Shown one piece after another: positions 1 to 10,221 of a stretch of DNA of 45,892 bases. A program made the translations under genes and the position numbers. Location: assembly GCA_002811645.1 (NCBI GenBank), contig PDIP01000075.1, positions 111,376 through 157,267 of the forward strand, read 5' to 3'. The DNA is from Corallochytrium limacisporum Hawaii (taxonomy: Eukaryota; Protista; Pluriformea). Position 1 is the stretch's first letter; each line of letters opens with the position of its first letter. Under the pieces are notes generated by a model. The model made no database searches. It saw nothing but the letters and a program-made list of their open reading frames with translations, and was not told the origin of the DNA.

Positions 1-162
1 ATATATATTACTCAATCATGATTAAAAAGAGTGATCGGGGTTCTCGTTTTCGTGCGATTTGTCTCATACTTAGGAGACAGAGGGTGGTACGTCCGTCCAC
101 CGAGCGTGACGGTAGTGTTGACAACCCTGCGCCCAATCTGCCATCACTTGCTTTTCTGCCTA

Positions 163-672
163 CCCCCCCCCCCCCCAAAGCTCAGTCACCTCAACCCAAC
201 TTCCCCACAAACAAAAAGGCAAGGTGGAGAACCGGGATCGCCTGAAGTCCTACGTGAACCGGTTTGGTAGAACACGATGTACTATAGTATAATTTTTCTC
301 TCCGCTCTCGACCAAAGGGGGTTTCATACCCTACGGGTGTCATCCGCTGTACCGTACCAGAAGTTCCAAAGCCCACCCCACCCCTGTCCCCGCTGTCGCT
401 GATGCGCTCCCGCCTGTCCGAAACGGAACAAGAAATGGAGGGGGAGGATGGGGCGGAACAAGGGGAAGTATGACACACACAGTAGTGCGGTGGTCGGTGG
501 GATAAACCAGAACGAGAAGGGATGGAAATGGTCTACGTAGACCGGGGATCAGGGGAGACGGATAAGGGCAAGGCGAAAAATCAAATGAGTCGCACTAGTG
601 AAAGGGCTAAAATGGAAGTGCCAAGTGTGGCCTTTATTGGGGTGGTGTGACAGGGTTGGGGAGGGGGGGGGG
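163..672. promoter_or_regulatory. C-run/G-run tract cluster upstream of YME1L
   Basis: C14 at 163-176, cccaccccacccctgtcccc at 372-391, G-rich at 437-465 and 639-672 (G10). Confidence 0.4.
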
Positions 673-1296
673 ATTATGGCAGGACAAGGCCGAACGGGAG
701 ACACTCACTTCCTCCCTTTTTTTTTCTTTTTTTTTTTCTTTCCTCTCGCTATTTGTGCGTTCCGGAACCAATTCGTCCCGAAGGAACCGGAGGGGTTGGG
801 TGGAAACTCCACGGGAGAGATAGAGGGTGGTCAGTGTGATCTCCGCGGTTCGTCTGCCCAGTACCGGTGGTGAGCATGCCGTGCAAGAGAAAATTGGTGA
901 GGCACGAATGTCCGGTACGGTCCGGCCTCGTTTACGATACTTTGAACCACGAAGTCTACGGTACAATTCAATATATGTATGTTGCCTCTGTCATAATGCT
1001 AATTTGAGCTTGCTTGGATAGTCACATGGTTGTACATCATTCGACAGCCTATATCGCCTGTGGAAACCTATTGGGTATTTGCGAGTTGGCTTGACATTGT
1101 TCATTAATAAACGTGAGCAGAACGCAACATAATGGTGATAAAGAAGTGACGAAACAAAGATTTTTAGCAGGTCTAGATCAACGCAGATATGAACCAGTTC
1201 GCATAGTTTGTCAAGTGCAGAGTGAAAATCTGTTAGTAGAAGAAAATTTACAGTAGAGACAGGGAGCTCGGAAACGGAGCAAGCAGGAAAGCAACT

Positions 1297-3330
1297 ATGA
1301 CATCGCTGCTCTCTCGGGTGTCCTGTGCGGCACTCCGGACTGCATCTGGAAATTTGTCAATGTTGACTGTCAGTCAACGCAAATTTGTAATTAATCATGC
1401 ACTGAATCAGACCAGAATGTATTCTCGGGCGTTGACCTACCGGGTGCCGTTGACACCCACAAACCCAGGTGTGTACTACAGCCGTAGAACCTTTATGAAT
1501 CGGGGACGCAGCCGTCTGGAACGCCTCGAAGCGGAGACGAGAAGCCAACCTACCAATCCAGTTAAGGAAGCTGAACTAATGGCGGAACTGAACCGTGAAG
1601 GAGCGCCGGGAACGGCAGTCAAGCGCTTTGAGAGCGGTCGTTTCCCTGTCAATGACGCCGTATTGAAGGAATACGTTAAGGCTCTAGTGTCCACGGGTCG
1701 CATTGAAAAGGCTAATATGAGCAAATTGCTGCGGGAAGCCTACGGCACCAATGGGCAGGGATTGCGCCAGGGAATGTCTGCACAGGCGGCAGGCAATACG
1801 TTTGCTCACGGCGGTGAGGACCGCCCTGTACATGTTGTCATGCAGGAGCCTGGTCTGCGGGCCCAGTTATGGCGCACTGCGCGCATGCTAGTGGTAGCCT
1901 TTCTGCTAATCAGCGCCCTAAACACTGTTATGGAAGACCGTGGCTTTGCCAAAGGTATGAGTATCCACGCCGAAATTGCACCTGAGACCACTCCGCAGAA
2001 CTTCAAATTCGATGATGTGCGTGGAGCAGACGAGGCGAAGGATGAACTCGTGGAAATTGTGCAGTTCTTGAAGGACCCCGAACGCTTTACCCGCCTCGGA
2101 GGTAAATTGCCAAAGGGCGTGCTGCTCATGGGACCCCCAGGCACGGGTAAGACCATGCTTGCCAGGGCCGTCGCCGGAGAGGCCGGAGTACCCTTCTTCT
2201 ATTGCAGTGGTTCTGAATTTGACGAAATGTTTGTTGGTGTTGGTGCAAGGCGCGTGCGTGAGCTGTTTGCAGCCGCCAAGCGCCGGGCTCCGTGCATTAT
2301 TTTCATTGACGAAATCGATGCCATTGGTGCCACTCGCAACCCAAAGGACCAGCAGTACGTCAAGATGACGCTTAATCAGCTGCTCGTCGAACTCGACGGT
2401 TTCAGTCAGACCGAGGGGATTATTGTGATTGGTGCGACCAACTTCCCGGACCTACTGGATCGCGCTTTAGTGCGTCCTGGCCGTTTTGATCGCCATGTCA
2501 ATGTGCCCATTCCGGATGTGAAAGGACGCAAGGATATCCTGGATGTGCACATGCGCAATGTGCCCAAAGGAACGGATGTCAGCTTGTCCGTGCTGGCCCG
2601 GGGCACACCTGGCTTCAGCGGTGCCGAATTGGCCAATGTGGTAAACCAGGCTGCACTGAAGGCCTCCATGGAAGGCAAGGAATTTGTGAGCATGGCAGAT
2701 CTGGAGTATGCCAAGGACAAGATCATCATGGGTGCGGAACGCAAGAGTGCGGTCATTGATCCCGAAAACCGGCGCCGGGTGGCCTATCACGAGGGAGGCC
2801 ATGCCATTATGGCACTGTATACACAGGGCAGCATGCCAATTCACAAGGCGACTATCATGCCACGTGGGCGGGCTCTGGGTATGGTTAGTCAGCTGCCTGA
2901 GGGGGACGGCCTCAGTTGGAGCCGCCAGCAGCTGATTGCTCGCCTAGATGTGTGCATGGGAGGACGGGTGGCAGAGGAATTGATCTTTGGCCACAACGAG
3001 GTGACAAGCGGTGCCAGCAGCGACCTTGAGCAAGCCACTGCCATTGCCCGTGCCATGGTCATGCAGTACGGTCTCAGTGAAAAGGTTGGTCCAATTGCTT
3101 ACAAGGAGGAGGATATGTCAAAGATTAGCACAGAGACACGTCTGTTGATTGAGGTTGAGATCAAGGAATTACTGGATCAGGCCTACAACCGTGCAAAGAC
3201 TCTGCTGAATGCTAAGGAGCAGGAACTGCATCGACTAGCAGAGGCTCTACTGGACAATGAAAGTCTGACTGCGGAGGAGATCCAAAAGGTTGTGAAAGGT
3301 CATGTGCTGGACAAAATCGCTGGCGCATGA
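1297..3330 (+). CDS. YME1L1: Mitochondrial i-AAA ATP-dependent zinc metalloprotease (YME1L/FtsH family)
   Basis: 677-aa ORF. Basic N-terminal presequence, one TM segment, Walker A GPPGTGKT, Walker [32 protein letters not shown]41 peptidase HEGGH motif. Confidence 0.96.
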   Translation: MTSLLSRVSCAALRTASGNLSMLTVSQRKFVINHALNQTRMYSRALTYRVPLTPTNPGVYYSRRTFMNRGRSRLERLEAETRSQPTNPVKEAELMAELNREGAPGTAVKRFESGRFPVNDAVLKEYVKALVSTGRIEKANMSKLLREAYGTNGQGLRQGMSAQAAGNTFAHGGEDRPVHVVMQEPGLRAQLWRTARMLVVAFLLISALNTVMEDRGFAKGMSIHAEIAPETTPQNFKFDDVRGADEAKDELVEIVQFLKDPERFTRLGGKLPKGVLLMGPPGTGKTMLARAVAGEAGVPFFYCSGSEFDEMFVGVGARRVRELFAAAKRRAPCIIFIDEIDAIGATRNPKDQQYVKMTLNQLLVELDGFSQTEGIIVIGATNFPDLLDRALVRPGRFDRHVNVPIPDVKGRKDILDVHMRNVPKGTDVSLSVLARGTPGFSGAELANVVNQAALKASMEGKEFVSMADLEYAKDKIIMGAERKSAVIDPENRRRVAYHEGGHAIMALYTQGSMPIHKATIMPRGRALGMVSQLPEGDGLSWSRQQLIARLDVCMGGRVAEELIFGHNEVTSGASSDLEQATAIARAMVMQYGLSEKVGPIAYKEEDMSKISTETRLLIEVEIKELLDQAYNRAKTLLNAKEQELHRLAEALLDNESLTAEEIQKVVKGHVLDKIAGA

Positions 3331-3686
3331 GAGAGTGGGAGGGCGTGTTAAATGACAAATTCATTCTTTCTGCTTTCGCAATCTGTCTGTATCCATTGAC
3401 TTACTTTTCAACAATATCATTACCTTCCCATTTCCATTCGTTCTCAATGTGAAATCAACCATGATCTTATCCTTCTGTTGACTTCCCATCAATCATTCCA
3501 TTGCATACGATACATCGCTTTACTTGATAGTCTTATGGTAAAACTAATAACCTGTTTGGATTCGCGTACACCCGAACACTGTTGATAATATTTATGCAGG
3601 TGCACGATCTGAAAGGAAAAACTACAACCTGTACACTATGTGATGATGACTTATGCTCATGCCTTTGTTTTGAAAGTGACGAGTGT

Positions 3687-3938
3687 TCACTTTTTACTCT
3701 CGGGAGCCTGGCTAGGATCCTTAACATCCCAAGGACTGCTCCACACCGGCATACCCGCAGGCTGGATCTTCTCTTGGTCAAAGCCTTTTCGCGTCTCTTT
3801 CTGGATCTTCTGGTAGTCTTCTTTATGGAAAAATGGATAAACACAAGAGTAATAGAGGGCAATGCACGTTCCGGTAAGGAACGTGGCATTGACAATGGTA
3901 GACCGCGACCAGAAGGGCTTTTTCACTTTAATGGACAT
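3687..3938 (-). CDS. SMIM20: SMIM20/MITRAC7-like small membrane protein (phoenixin-precursor family)
   Basis: 83-aa ORF with caaccATG start. One TM helix, then EDYQKIQKETRKGFDQEKIQPAGMPVWSSPW, which resembles the recalled human SMIM20 segment [31 protein letters not shown]. Confidence 0.82.
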   Translation of the reverse strand: MSIKVKKPFWSRSTIVNATFLTGTCIALYYSCVYPFFHKEDYQKIQKETRKGFDQEKIQPAGMPVWSSPWDVKDPSQAPESKK

Positions 3939-4397
3939 GGTTGTGAGTATCTCTGCAACTTGTATCCCGAATTTGCACTCGTGCTTCTAATTTCGCGTTG
4001 ACGCTTACGAAGGACTACTGGTCTCCGATCGAAAATACCTATAAACTACCACTGCGCCAACTGCAAATCCTGGTGGTGCGGCCGTTGACGACAAGACCGA
4101 CTGCTGACGCGAAGTGCTCAAGTGGTCGGAGAAGGGAGGAAACGCTTCGGGTCCCCACCCTCTTGCTGGTGTGTTGGGTGCTGAACAAAACTAACTGGGA
4201 AGGGATACCGCGCGGGTACCCGGGGGATAGTTCGGAAGGAGTTCTGGGTACTTTTGAGGTTGTGGGCAGTTGTCTCTGATTTTACACTGAGTGTTCTCAA
4301 CATTATGGGGTCATTGATGTGGACATGAGGTGGTGATCATAATGTGAGAGAACGTCGCATCTGTAAGTATTGACAATTTTTAGCGTTCTCTGCAACC

Positions 4398-5087
4398 ATG
4401 AATGAAGGTGGTGGTAAAACGGGAAGTGGTGGTATTGCCAGTTTGGCAACCATTGCATACGCACAGAAACAACGCACTGCAGCAGTGGCTTTGGATATGA
4501 TTGAAACTCAGAAAGATCCGTACTTCTTTCGGAATAGGGCAGGACAGATTGAATGCAAGCTGTGTCTGTCAGTGCACGTAAACGAGGCCAGCTATCTTTC
4601 TCACACGCGCTCAAAGCGACACCAGAGAAGTTTGGAGAAGAAACAGAGGCGACTAGAAGCTCAGAATCAGCACAGAACATCTGCATCGCAAGCAACAGGT
4701 GTTGGATTGCACCTCAAGAAGTCTCAGATTCGGTCCTTTAAAAGGATTGGCAAACCGCAGGCAGAAGTCACTAGACTGCACGATGCTACCACTGACCAGC
4801 GTGGCTTTCTCTTCCAAGTCTACTTCCCGAGCATTGCAACGGAAGTGATACCCCAGATGCGCATTGTCTCTGCATTTGAAGCTGGCCGACAAGAAGATCC
4901 GAAGTGGCAATACGTCGTGTTCGCTGCAGAACCTTACCAAAGCATTGGCTTCCGAGTGCCTGCTGGAACTTTTATGGAGAAGGGTTCCCCAAAATATATA
5001 GAATCGTGGGATAACGTTGGCAAACGATACTGTGTACAACTGATGTACATTCAAACTGCGACAGACACGACATCATCGAAATCATGA
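4398..5087 (+). CDS. SF3A2: U2 snRNP splicing factor 3A subunit 2 (SF3a66/Prp11)
   Basis: GGKTGSGGIAS, KDPYFFRN, matrin-type Zn finger ECKLCLSVHVNEASYLSHTRSKRH, RIGKP, SAFE and WQYVVFAAEPYQSIGFRVP motifs. Confidence 0.93.
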   Translation: MNEGGGKTGSGGIASLATIAYAQKQRTAAVALDMIETQKDPYFFRNRAGQIECKLCLSVHVNEASYLSHTRSKRHQRSLEKKQRRLEAQNQHRTSASQATGVGLHLKKSQIRSFKRIGKPQAEVTRLHDATTDQRGFLFQVYFPSIATEVIPQMRIVSAFEAGRQEDPKWQYVVFAAEPYQSIGFRVPAGTFMEKGSPKYIESWDNVGKRYCVQLMYIQTATDTTSSKS

Positions 5088-5191
5088 CCGGGCATGGGCC
5101 AGATCAATAAAGACAGTTGAGACTCCGATGACAACTAGAATGAAACCCTGTTACGAATCTCCCAAAAATTGGGCCCCTGTTCTGGCTTTTT

Positions 5192-5233
5192 CCCCAGACT
5201 TGGCCCTGTGGCGGGAAGGGGGGTACGGGAGGG
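5192..5233 (+). promoter_or_regulatory. G-quadruplex-type tract about 310 bp upstream of TEX9
   Basis: gggaaggggggtacgggaggg at 5213-5233, preceded by short C runs. Confidence 0.4.
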
Positions 5234-5538
5234 TTGCCGGCTTTCTCACTTCGGTTGAGGTAGTCGGGGAAGCCTGGCCCTCCCAAGCAACCGACTGGGA
5301 GGCTCAGAACGGTGGAGTTCGTGCGCAGCCCTAACTGCTCTGCATCCGACAATAAAGTCCAAGAGAGAAAAGTATTTCCGATGTTATTGCTTGGTATACA
5401 CAATTATGGTTGAACAAAGGTGAACATGGGATCACCTTCGAAGAGAAATTGCTCAGATACCTTTGAAGAGACTTTAACCACCACGCGACCTCGTACCCAT
5501 TCAAGGAATCCCAGGTACCACGAACACATAAGGACGCC

Positions 5539-6528
5539 ATGTCGGACTTTACATTGGATCGGTACATGAAATTAAACGATGAGGTCGAGGCAAGGGCACG
5601 CAAAGCCCTGGAGGAGGCGTCTTCGTTCAAGGCCAGTGATGTGCCCCAACCCTCCCAGTACGTTCTGTCACCAGTGAGAACCAAGAAGCAATCAGTCGAA
5701 ATAGCCATAGAGTCTCCTTCACGGTCTCCACAGCGTACAATTCAGGGAGTTAATGTTGCTCCCACGCCGTTTGAAAGGTCACATATCCCTGCAGGCATGC
5801 CCGGATCTCCGGAACACAAAGACAGAGAACGCAGCCGCAAGACGGCCGACCTTATCGCCAAAGCCCTTGCCACCGCCATGGGAGACAACGACAAAGCCCT
5901 GGAAATCGCTCAAGACATCAGCGAAGAGGCCGCGATTCGCTTTCTTAAGGCAAAGATTGAGACACTTCAGGCAGAGCTGGATACGGCCAGCACTTTGCAA
6001 GCAGGAACCCAACATGAGTTGTGCACCGCACGAAAATCGCTGAAGACAGAAGAGATTGAGAAAGCCAAGGTTTTGCGAGAACGCGATAACGTCACCGCGC
6101 AGGTGGACAAATTGCGGAAGCAGAATGAGGCGCTGATCAATGAGCAAACGGACCTGAAGAGTCAGGTTCAGGTCTTGCGCAAGGAACAGGACGCCTTGAA
6201 ACGTAGTAGTCAGAAAATCGAGTCGGAAGCTAAGAGCGCTGATGTGCGTTTGAACCGGGCTCTGGAGGACGCCGAACGATGGAAACAAGCGGCGGAGATG
6301 GCCCGCAAAGATTTAAAGACCGGTAACCAGAATCTGCGGCATCAGATTGATGATCTACTGGCCACCAACCGTAAACTCGAGAAGCACAAGAAGGAGCTCA
6401 TCACTGCCTTCAAGAAGCAACAGAAACTGATTGATGTGCTCAAAAGACAAAAGCTGCACATTGAGGCGGCCAAGATGCTGAGTTTCACCGAAGAGGAGTT
6501 CATGCAGGCCCTAGACTGGCAGTTCTGA
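5539..6528 (+). CDS. TEX9: TEX9-like coiled-coil protein (centriole/cilium associated)
   Basis: Long coiled coil. C-terminus FKKQQKLIDVLKRQKLHIEAAKMLSFTEEEFMQALDW is the characteristic TEX9 terminus. Also EAAIRFLKAK and DVRLNRALED. Confidence 0.9.
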   Translation: MSDFTLDRYMKLNDEVEARARKALEEASSFKASDVPQPSQYVLSPVRTKKQSVEIAIESPSRSPQRTIQGVNVAPTPFERSHIPAGMPGSPEHKDRERSRKTADLIAKALATAMGDNDKALEIAQDISEEAAIRFLKAKIETLQAELDTASTLQAGTQHELCTARKSLKTEEIEKAKVLRERDNVTAQVDKLRKQNEALINEQTDLKSQVQVLRKEQDALKRSSQKIESEAKSADVRLNRALEDAERWKQAAEMARKDLKTGNQNLRHQIDDLLATNRKLEKHKKELITAFKKQQKLIDVLKRQKLHIEAAKMLSFTEEEFMQALDWQF

Positions 6529-6828
6529 AACGCAATAAACGATACCATACGAGCAACACCACAAAGGCTCTCATCGGTAGACCTCATCCTTGCTTACAAC
6601 GATCTTGAGACTTGAATTCTATTCAAATGCGTAATCTATTCAAATGCAATCCAAAAAAAAAAAAGGAACCACATCTTTTTGGGTATTGGGCTGTGTATGC
6701 TGCGGATCGACTCAAAGAGTCCCATTCATCCTTGATTCATCAATCAATGACGACAGGTCTCTACCGGACATAAGGCAACTTCAGATGACCCTGCCCTTCT
6801 GTATGCATGGCGCGACAAAGAAAACTGT

Positions 6829-9591
6829 TCAATTCCACACCCCACCACGGCTGGGAGCGTTGCCAGTGTTTCCCTGCTGCTGCTGCTGCTGTTGTTGTTG
6901 TTGTTGTTGTTGTTGTCCTGCCTGGGCACTGCTGTACTGTGCTTCATAACCCCAGTTGCCGTACCCAGCCTTGGTCTGATCCTGCTGCGACTGCTGGGGC
7001 TGCTGCTCATGGTAGTAGGGCTGGTGATAGCCGTAGTTGCCAGCAGTCGTCTGCTGCTGCTGTGCCTGCTGATGGCCACCATGGGAGCTGAGGTCACCGA
7101 CACCACTGCCATCTCCGCGGCTGCCTGGCTGCTGGCCAGAACCTGGAGCGGAGCCTTGACTACCACCGGTACCAGTACCGGCCGGCGGGACACCCATGGG
7201 GAACTGGCCGTGGCCAGCGGCAGCAGCCTGAGCGGGATGCGGAGCAAAGCCCTTGTGTGGGGCCGCGGCCGCCATTTGGTGCATGGGTGCCATGTAGCCG
7301 GCCTGCGGGTATGGGAAGTAGTGTGGCTGATACACGGGAGCGTAGTAACTATAGCCAGCCGGAGGGGCCCCGGTGGCCGCATTGCCGTACTGTTGCTGTT
7401 GCTGCGGCTGAGACGTCTGCTGTTGGGGCACAGGGCTGCCAGCGCCTGCCTTGTCGTCCTCAAACCGACCACGGGTACCACTCTGAGCACCACTAGCTTG
7501 TGCTTGTCCCTGACCGGCCTGTTGCTGCTGCCCGTACTGATCGTAGTGCTGACCCATCATGCCGTAGTGGTCAGTGACACTGTCATGAGCAGCTGGGGCA
7601 GCGTAGCGCCCACCGGATTGGGCAGCAGTGGAGGCGGCGCCGTAGGACTCCTGCTGGGCCTGGGCCTGGGCCTGGGCAGCGGGGGCGTTGGAGCGACTGT
7701 CTTGGGCTCCGGTGGTCTGCTGACTGCCGTAGGAACCGTGCTGAGGCATCCCACCAGGAGCAGCACCGTAGCGCGCGTCATGGCCACCAGCAGCGCCCGG
7801 CATAGGTTGTCCGGGGTATCCCATTCCGAAGGCAGGGTTGAACTGGCCCTGGTGTTGCATGTACATAGCAGCATACGCACCGTGCATGTCAGCTGGATGA
7901 TTCCCAGCTCCCATGGCAGCGGCAGCATTCATATCGTAAGGGTTCTGATGGCCACCGTGATGGGCATGGGCACCATGGTGAGCCGCAGCGTGGTGCACGT
8001 GACCCATGTGCTCCTGGTGGGGGGCGGGGTAGGCCTGGGAATGATAGCCACCGTACTGACCGGCGGCGGCGGCAACCTGCTGATGGCCCATGGCAGCACC
8101 GTACTGGGGACCTGCACCAGCACCGTACTGGGGACCTGCACCAGCACCGTGACGGCCACCACGACCACGGCCAGTCTTGGCACCGCGACCGGTGGTGCCG
8201 GACTGCTGCTGCTGAGTCCCCTGTTGCTGACCCTGACCCTGGCCTTGCTGCTGGCCTGAAGCAGCCTGGGGCTTGGGCTTCTGCTGAGGCTGCTGGACTG
8301 CCGCCGACTGAGCTTGTGCAGCACTCTGTTGGGCAGCAGCGAGCTTCTCAAGGTCTGCGGCGGTGGTGGGCTCAGCGAGATTCACGAGCCCACCTGCCAT
8401 AGCATTCTGGGCACCAGCCGCGGCGGCAGCCACTGCGGCGGTAATGTCATTCTCCTCCATAGTCTGGTTCTCGGACGCGGCGGCAGCGGCGGCGGCAACG
8501 GCTGCGGCTTCCACGCTTGCGGAGTCCATGGGCAACATGCCCGGAGGCGGCTGGTTACTAGCAATGGCGGTCTTCTGTCCAGCCGCAGCGGCGGCGGCGG
8601 CGGCCTCGAGTTCAGCGGCGGTCGTGGGAGCGGCCTTTCCGGGGGCCTTGGGCTCCGCAATCTGTAGAGTACCAAAGCCTACGACCACCGAGTCCAGATT
8701 GGGCCCACCGGCAGGCAGTTCGACAGCCTTTGTGGGCACTTCGGAGGGGTCTTTCTTAAGAGGACGCTCCTTCACAGCCTGTTTGAAATCCATAGCAAAG
8801 GTAGAGTGTCCCTGAGCGGCTTGGGCAGTATCAGCCTTCTCCTTCTTGGCTTTGCTACCTGTCTCTGCTGGCTTGGAACCTCCCTTCGCAGTCGCATCTG
8901 CTTTGACTGGCTGCACGGGTGCAGCAGGTGCAGCTTTAGGTTCTTCTTTGATGAGCTCTGCAGATTTCACAGCGGTGGGCTTATCGCTAAGAACACTGGA
9001 AGGTAGCTTACTACCCCATGCACTCTTGGTGGGGGCTGGAGCAACCTCTGCAACCTGGATCTCATCCTTTCGCACACGAGGATCGACAATAGTTTTCTTT
9101 TTCTCCGGCTCTTCCTTATAAGCGGTCTCACCGTTTGCATTGCGGCTAGCTTCGGTACTGTCACCTCCCTTGGCGCCCTTGCGATATGATTTATCGTCAG
9201 CACCGCGTTCTTTCCGATCTCCTCGGTCCTTTCGATCGCCACGGTCTTTCTTAGGTCCTTTGGCTCCACTGACAGGTTTGCTTTGCTTGGGCTTGACTAC
9301 CCCAGTTTCTTCCCATTTTGACTTCACACCGCTGGCACCCTCATCCATGAGTAGCACCACGGCGGCATTCTCGTCAAAGTCGACCTCGAATAGGGCAAGC
9401 TTGACCGCCTCCTCATCGACGCGCTGTGTAATTTCCATGACTCGGCGCACCCTCTGTGCGGCTTCCTCGGGCTCCAGTTTGCCCTTGGACGTCAGCACTG
9501 GGGCAGCAATACCTGCTGTTTCGGCCATACTTCCGGTTTGTTGCTTTTGTGAATTGAGTGGAGTCTCTTTCTCAGAGATCACTGCTGGCAT
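6829..9591 (-). CDS. UBAP2L: UBAP2/UBAP2L/Lingerer-like protein (UBA domain, DUF3697-like motif, RGG, Q/G/Y-rich tail)
   Basis: N-terminal UBA-like VRRVMEITQRVDEEAVKLALFEVDFDENAAVVLLMDEG..KWEE. AVELPAGGPNLDSVVVGFGTL resembles the UBAP2L AVEMPG..LQFGAL motif. RGG box and prion-like C-terminus. Confidence 0.75.
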   Translation of the reverse strand: MPAVISEKETPLNSQKQQTGSMAETAGIAAPVLTSKGKLEPEEAAQRVRRVMEITQRVDEEAVKLALFEVDFDENAAVVLLMDEGASGVKSKWEETGVVKPKQSKPVSGAKGPKKDRGDRKDRGDRKERGADDKSYRKGAKGGDSTEASRNANGETAYKEEPEKKKTIVDPRVRKDEIQVAEVAPAPTKSAWGSKLPSSVLSDKPTAVKSAELIKEEPKAAPAAPVQPVKADATAKGGSKPAETGSKAKKEKADTAQAAQGHSTFAMDFKQAVKERPLKKDPSEVPTKAVELPAGGPNLDSVVVGFGTLQIAEPKAPGKAAPTTAAELEAAAAAAAAGQKTAIASNQPPPGMLPMDSASVEAAAVAAAAAAASENQTMEENDITAAVAAAAAGAQNAMAGGLVNLAEPTTAADLEKLAAAQQSAAQAQSAAVQQPQQKPKPQAASGQQQGQGQGQQQGTQQQQSGTTGRGAKTGRGRGGRHGAGAGPQYGAGAGPQYGAAMGHQQVAAAAGQYGGYHSQAYPAPHQEHMGHVHHAAAHHGAHAHHGGHQNPYDMNAAAAMGAGNHPADMHGAYAAMYMQHQGQFNPAFGMGYPGQPMPGAAGGHDARYGAAPGGMPQHGSYGSQQTTGAQDSRSNAPAAQAQAQAQQESYGAASTAAQSGGRYAAPAAHDSVTDHYGMMGQHYDQYGQQQQAGQGQAQASGAQSGTRGRFEDDKAGAGSPVPQQQTSQPQQQQQYGNAATGAPPAGYSYYAPVYQPHYFPYPQAGYMAPMHQMAAAAPHKGFAPHPAQAAAAGHGQFPMGVPPAGTGTGGSQGSAPGSGQQPGSRGDGSGVGDLSSHGGHQQAQQQQTTAGNYGYHQPYYHEQQPQQSQQDQTKAGYGNWGYEAQYSSAQAGQQQQQQQQQQQQQQGNTGNAPSRGGVWN
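6874..6915 (-). repeat. (CAA)8(CAG)6 trinucleotide repeat encoding Q14
   Basis: Plus strand reads (ctg)6(ttg)8, inside the 3' end of the UBAP2L-like CDS. Confidence 0.95.
8094..8150. repeat. Perfect 24-bp tandem duplication (about 2.4 copies) encoding GAGAGPQY repeats
   Basis: cagcaccgtactggggacctgcac at 8094-8117 and 8118-8141, plus a partial third copy. Confidence 0.95.
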
Positions 9592-9977
9592 GATAAAATT
9601 CTAACCCGGAATGTAGAGGAAAAGAATTGGACAAATTTTTTTGCCCTTTTTCTTTATCTTCCCGCACCAGATCTAGAATTGATGATTGTGTTATATATAC
9701 TCGGCGTAACGGCAAGGAACCGTACGCAGAATGAAGCAAGAGTGCTTTTGTGGCAGCGTCAGGTTTGTCAAGTGTCACCGTGCCAAGTACCTTACAACTG
9801 CAATAGTAACGTCTTCGTGAAATCAACAATGGGTAAACGCAAAGTCGCACACCTTATCCCTGCTGTATCGTATCGGTGCAACCCGGGAAAAAATAGAAAC
9901 TGGGATGCAGAAGCAGAAATCAAGAAAAGCTACGATGCCGTTGCGAGATGAAACCGTGGCTATCGACGACACACGGA

Positions 9978-10221
9978 CCCTGACGTTCCCCTTCCCCAGC
10001 ACCCTTGCCCACTGGCTTTGAACTGAAACGAAAAGAACAAGTAAAATTCCAAGCAGAACTGCAGGTGCCGTGTGGTCCTGCGCGTGTTCAAGGCGTAGGT
10101 ACGCAGGGAAGGGCCGTACTGCCCATCATCACTGTGCGTCTTCCTCCGGCCTCCTGCAGGAAGCAGGGATAGAGTGTGGCACGGTTCGCTCCGCTGGGGG
10201 AAGGGGGGTGGGGCGAAGGGG
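9978..10221. promoter_or_regulatory. C-tract to G-tract switch upstream of the UBAP2L-like gene
   Basis: Five C3-4 runs at 9978-10010; gggggaaggggggtggggcgaagggg at 10196-10221. Confidence 0.4.

Noticed and set aside
530-543. 14-bp perfect palindrome GGTCTACGTAGACC
   Set aside because: Single occurrence, not seen in other promoters; within chance expectation for 46 kb.
18-1021. Short ORFs in the intergenic regions (also 9960-11900, 29058-29689 and 39800-40490)
   Set aside because: Low-complexity translations of C/G/T-run sequence, mostly with non-ATG starts and no motifs.
1230-1238. TACTAACAG on the minus strand (also at 27452-27460)
   Set aside because: No suitable donor or exon context; two hits of a 9-mer are compatible with chance.
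5230-5400. RFX X-box-like half sites upstream of TEX9
   Set aside because: Only partial matches, and similar half sites occur near non-ciliary genes.
6644-6949. Poly-Cys ORF
   Set aside because: Alternative reading of the polyQ trinucleotide repeat on the opposite strand.
8094-8150. CRISPR-like repeat
   Set aside because: Contiguous in-frame tandem duplication without spacers, in a eukaryotic CDS.
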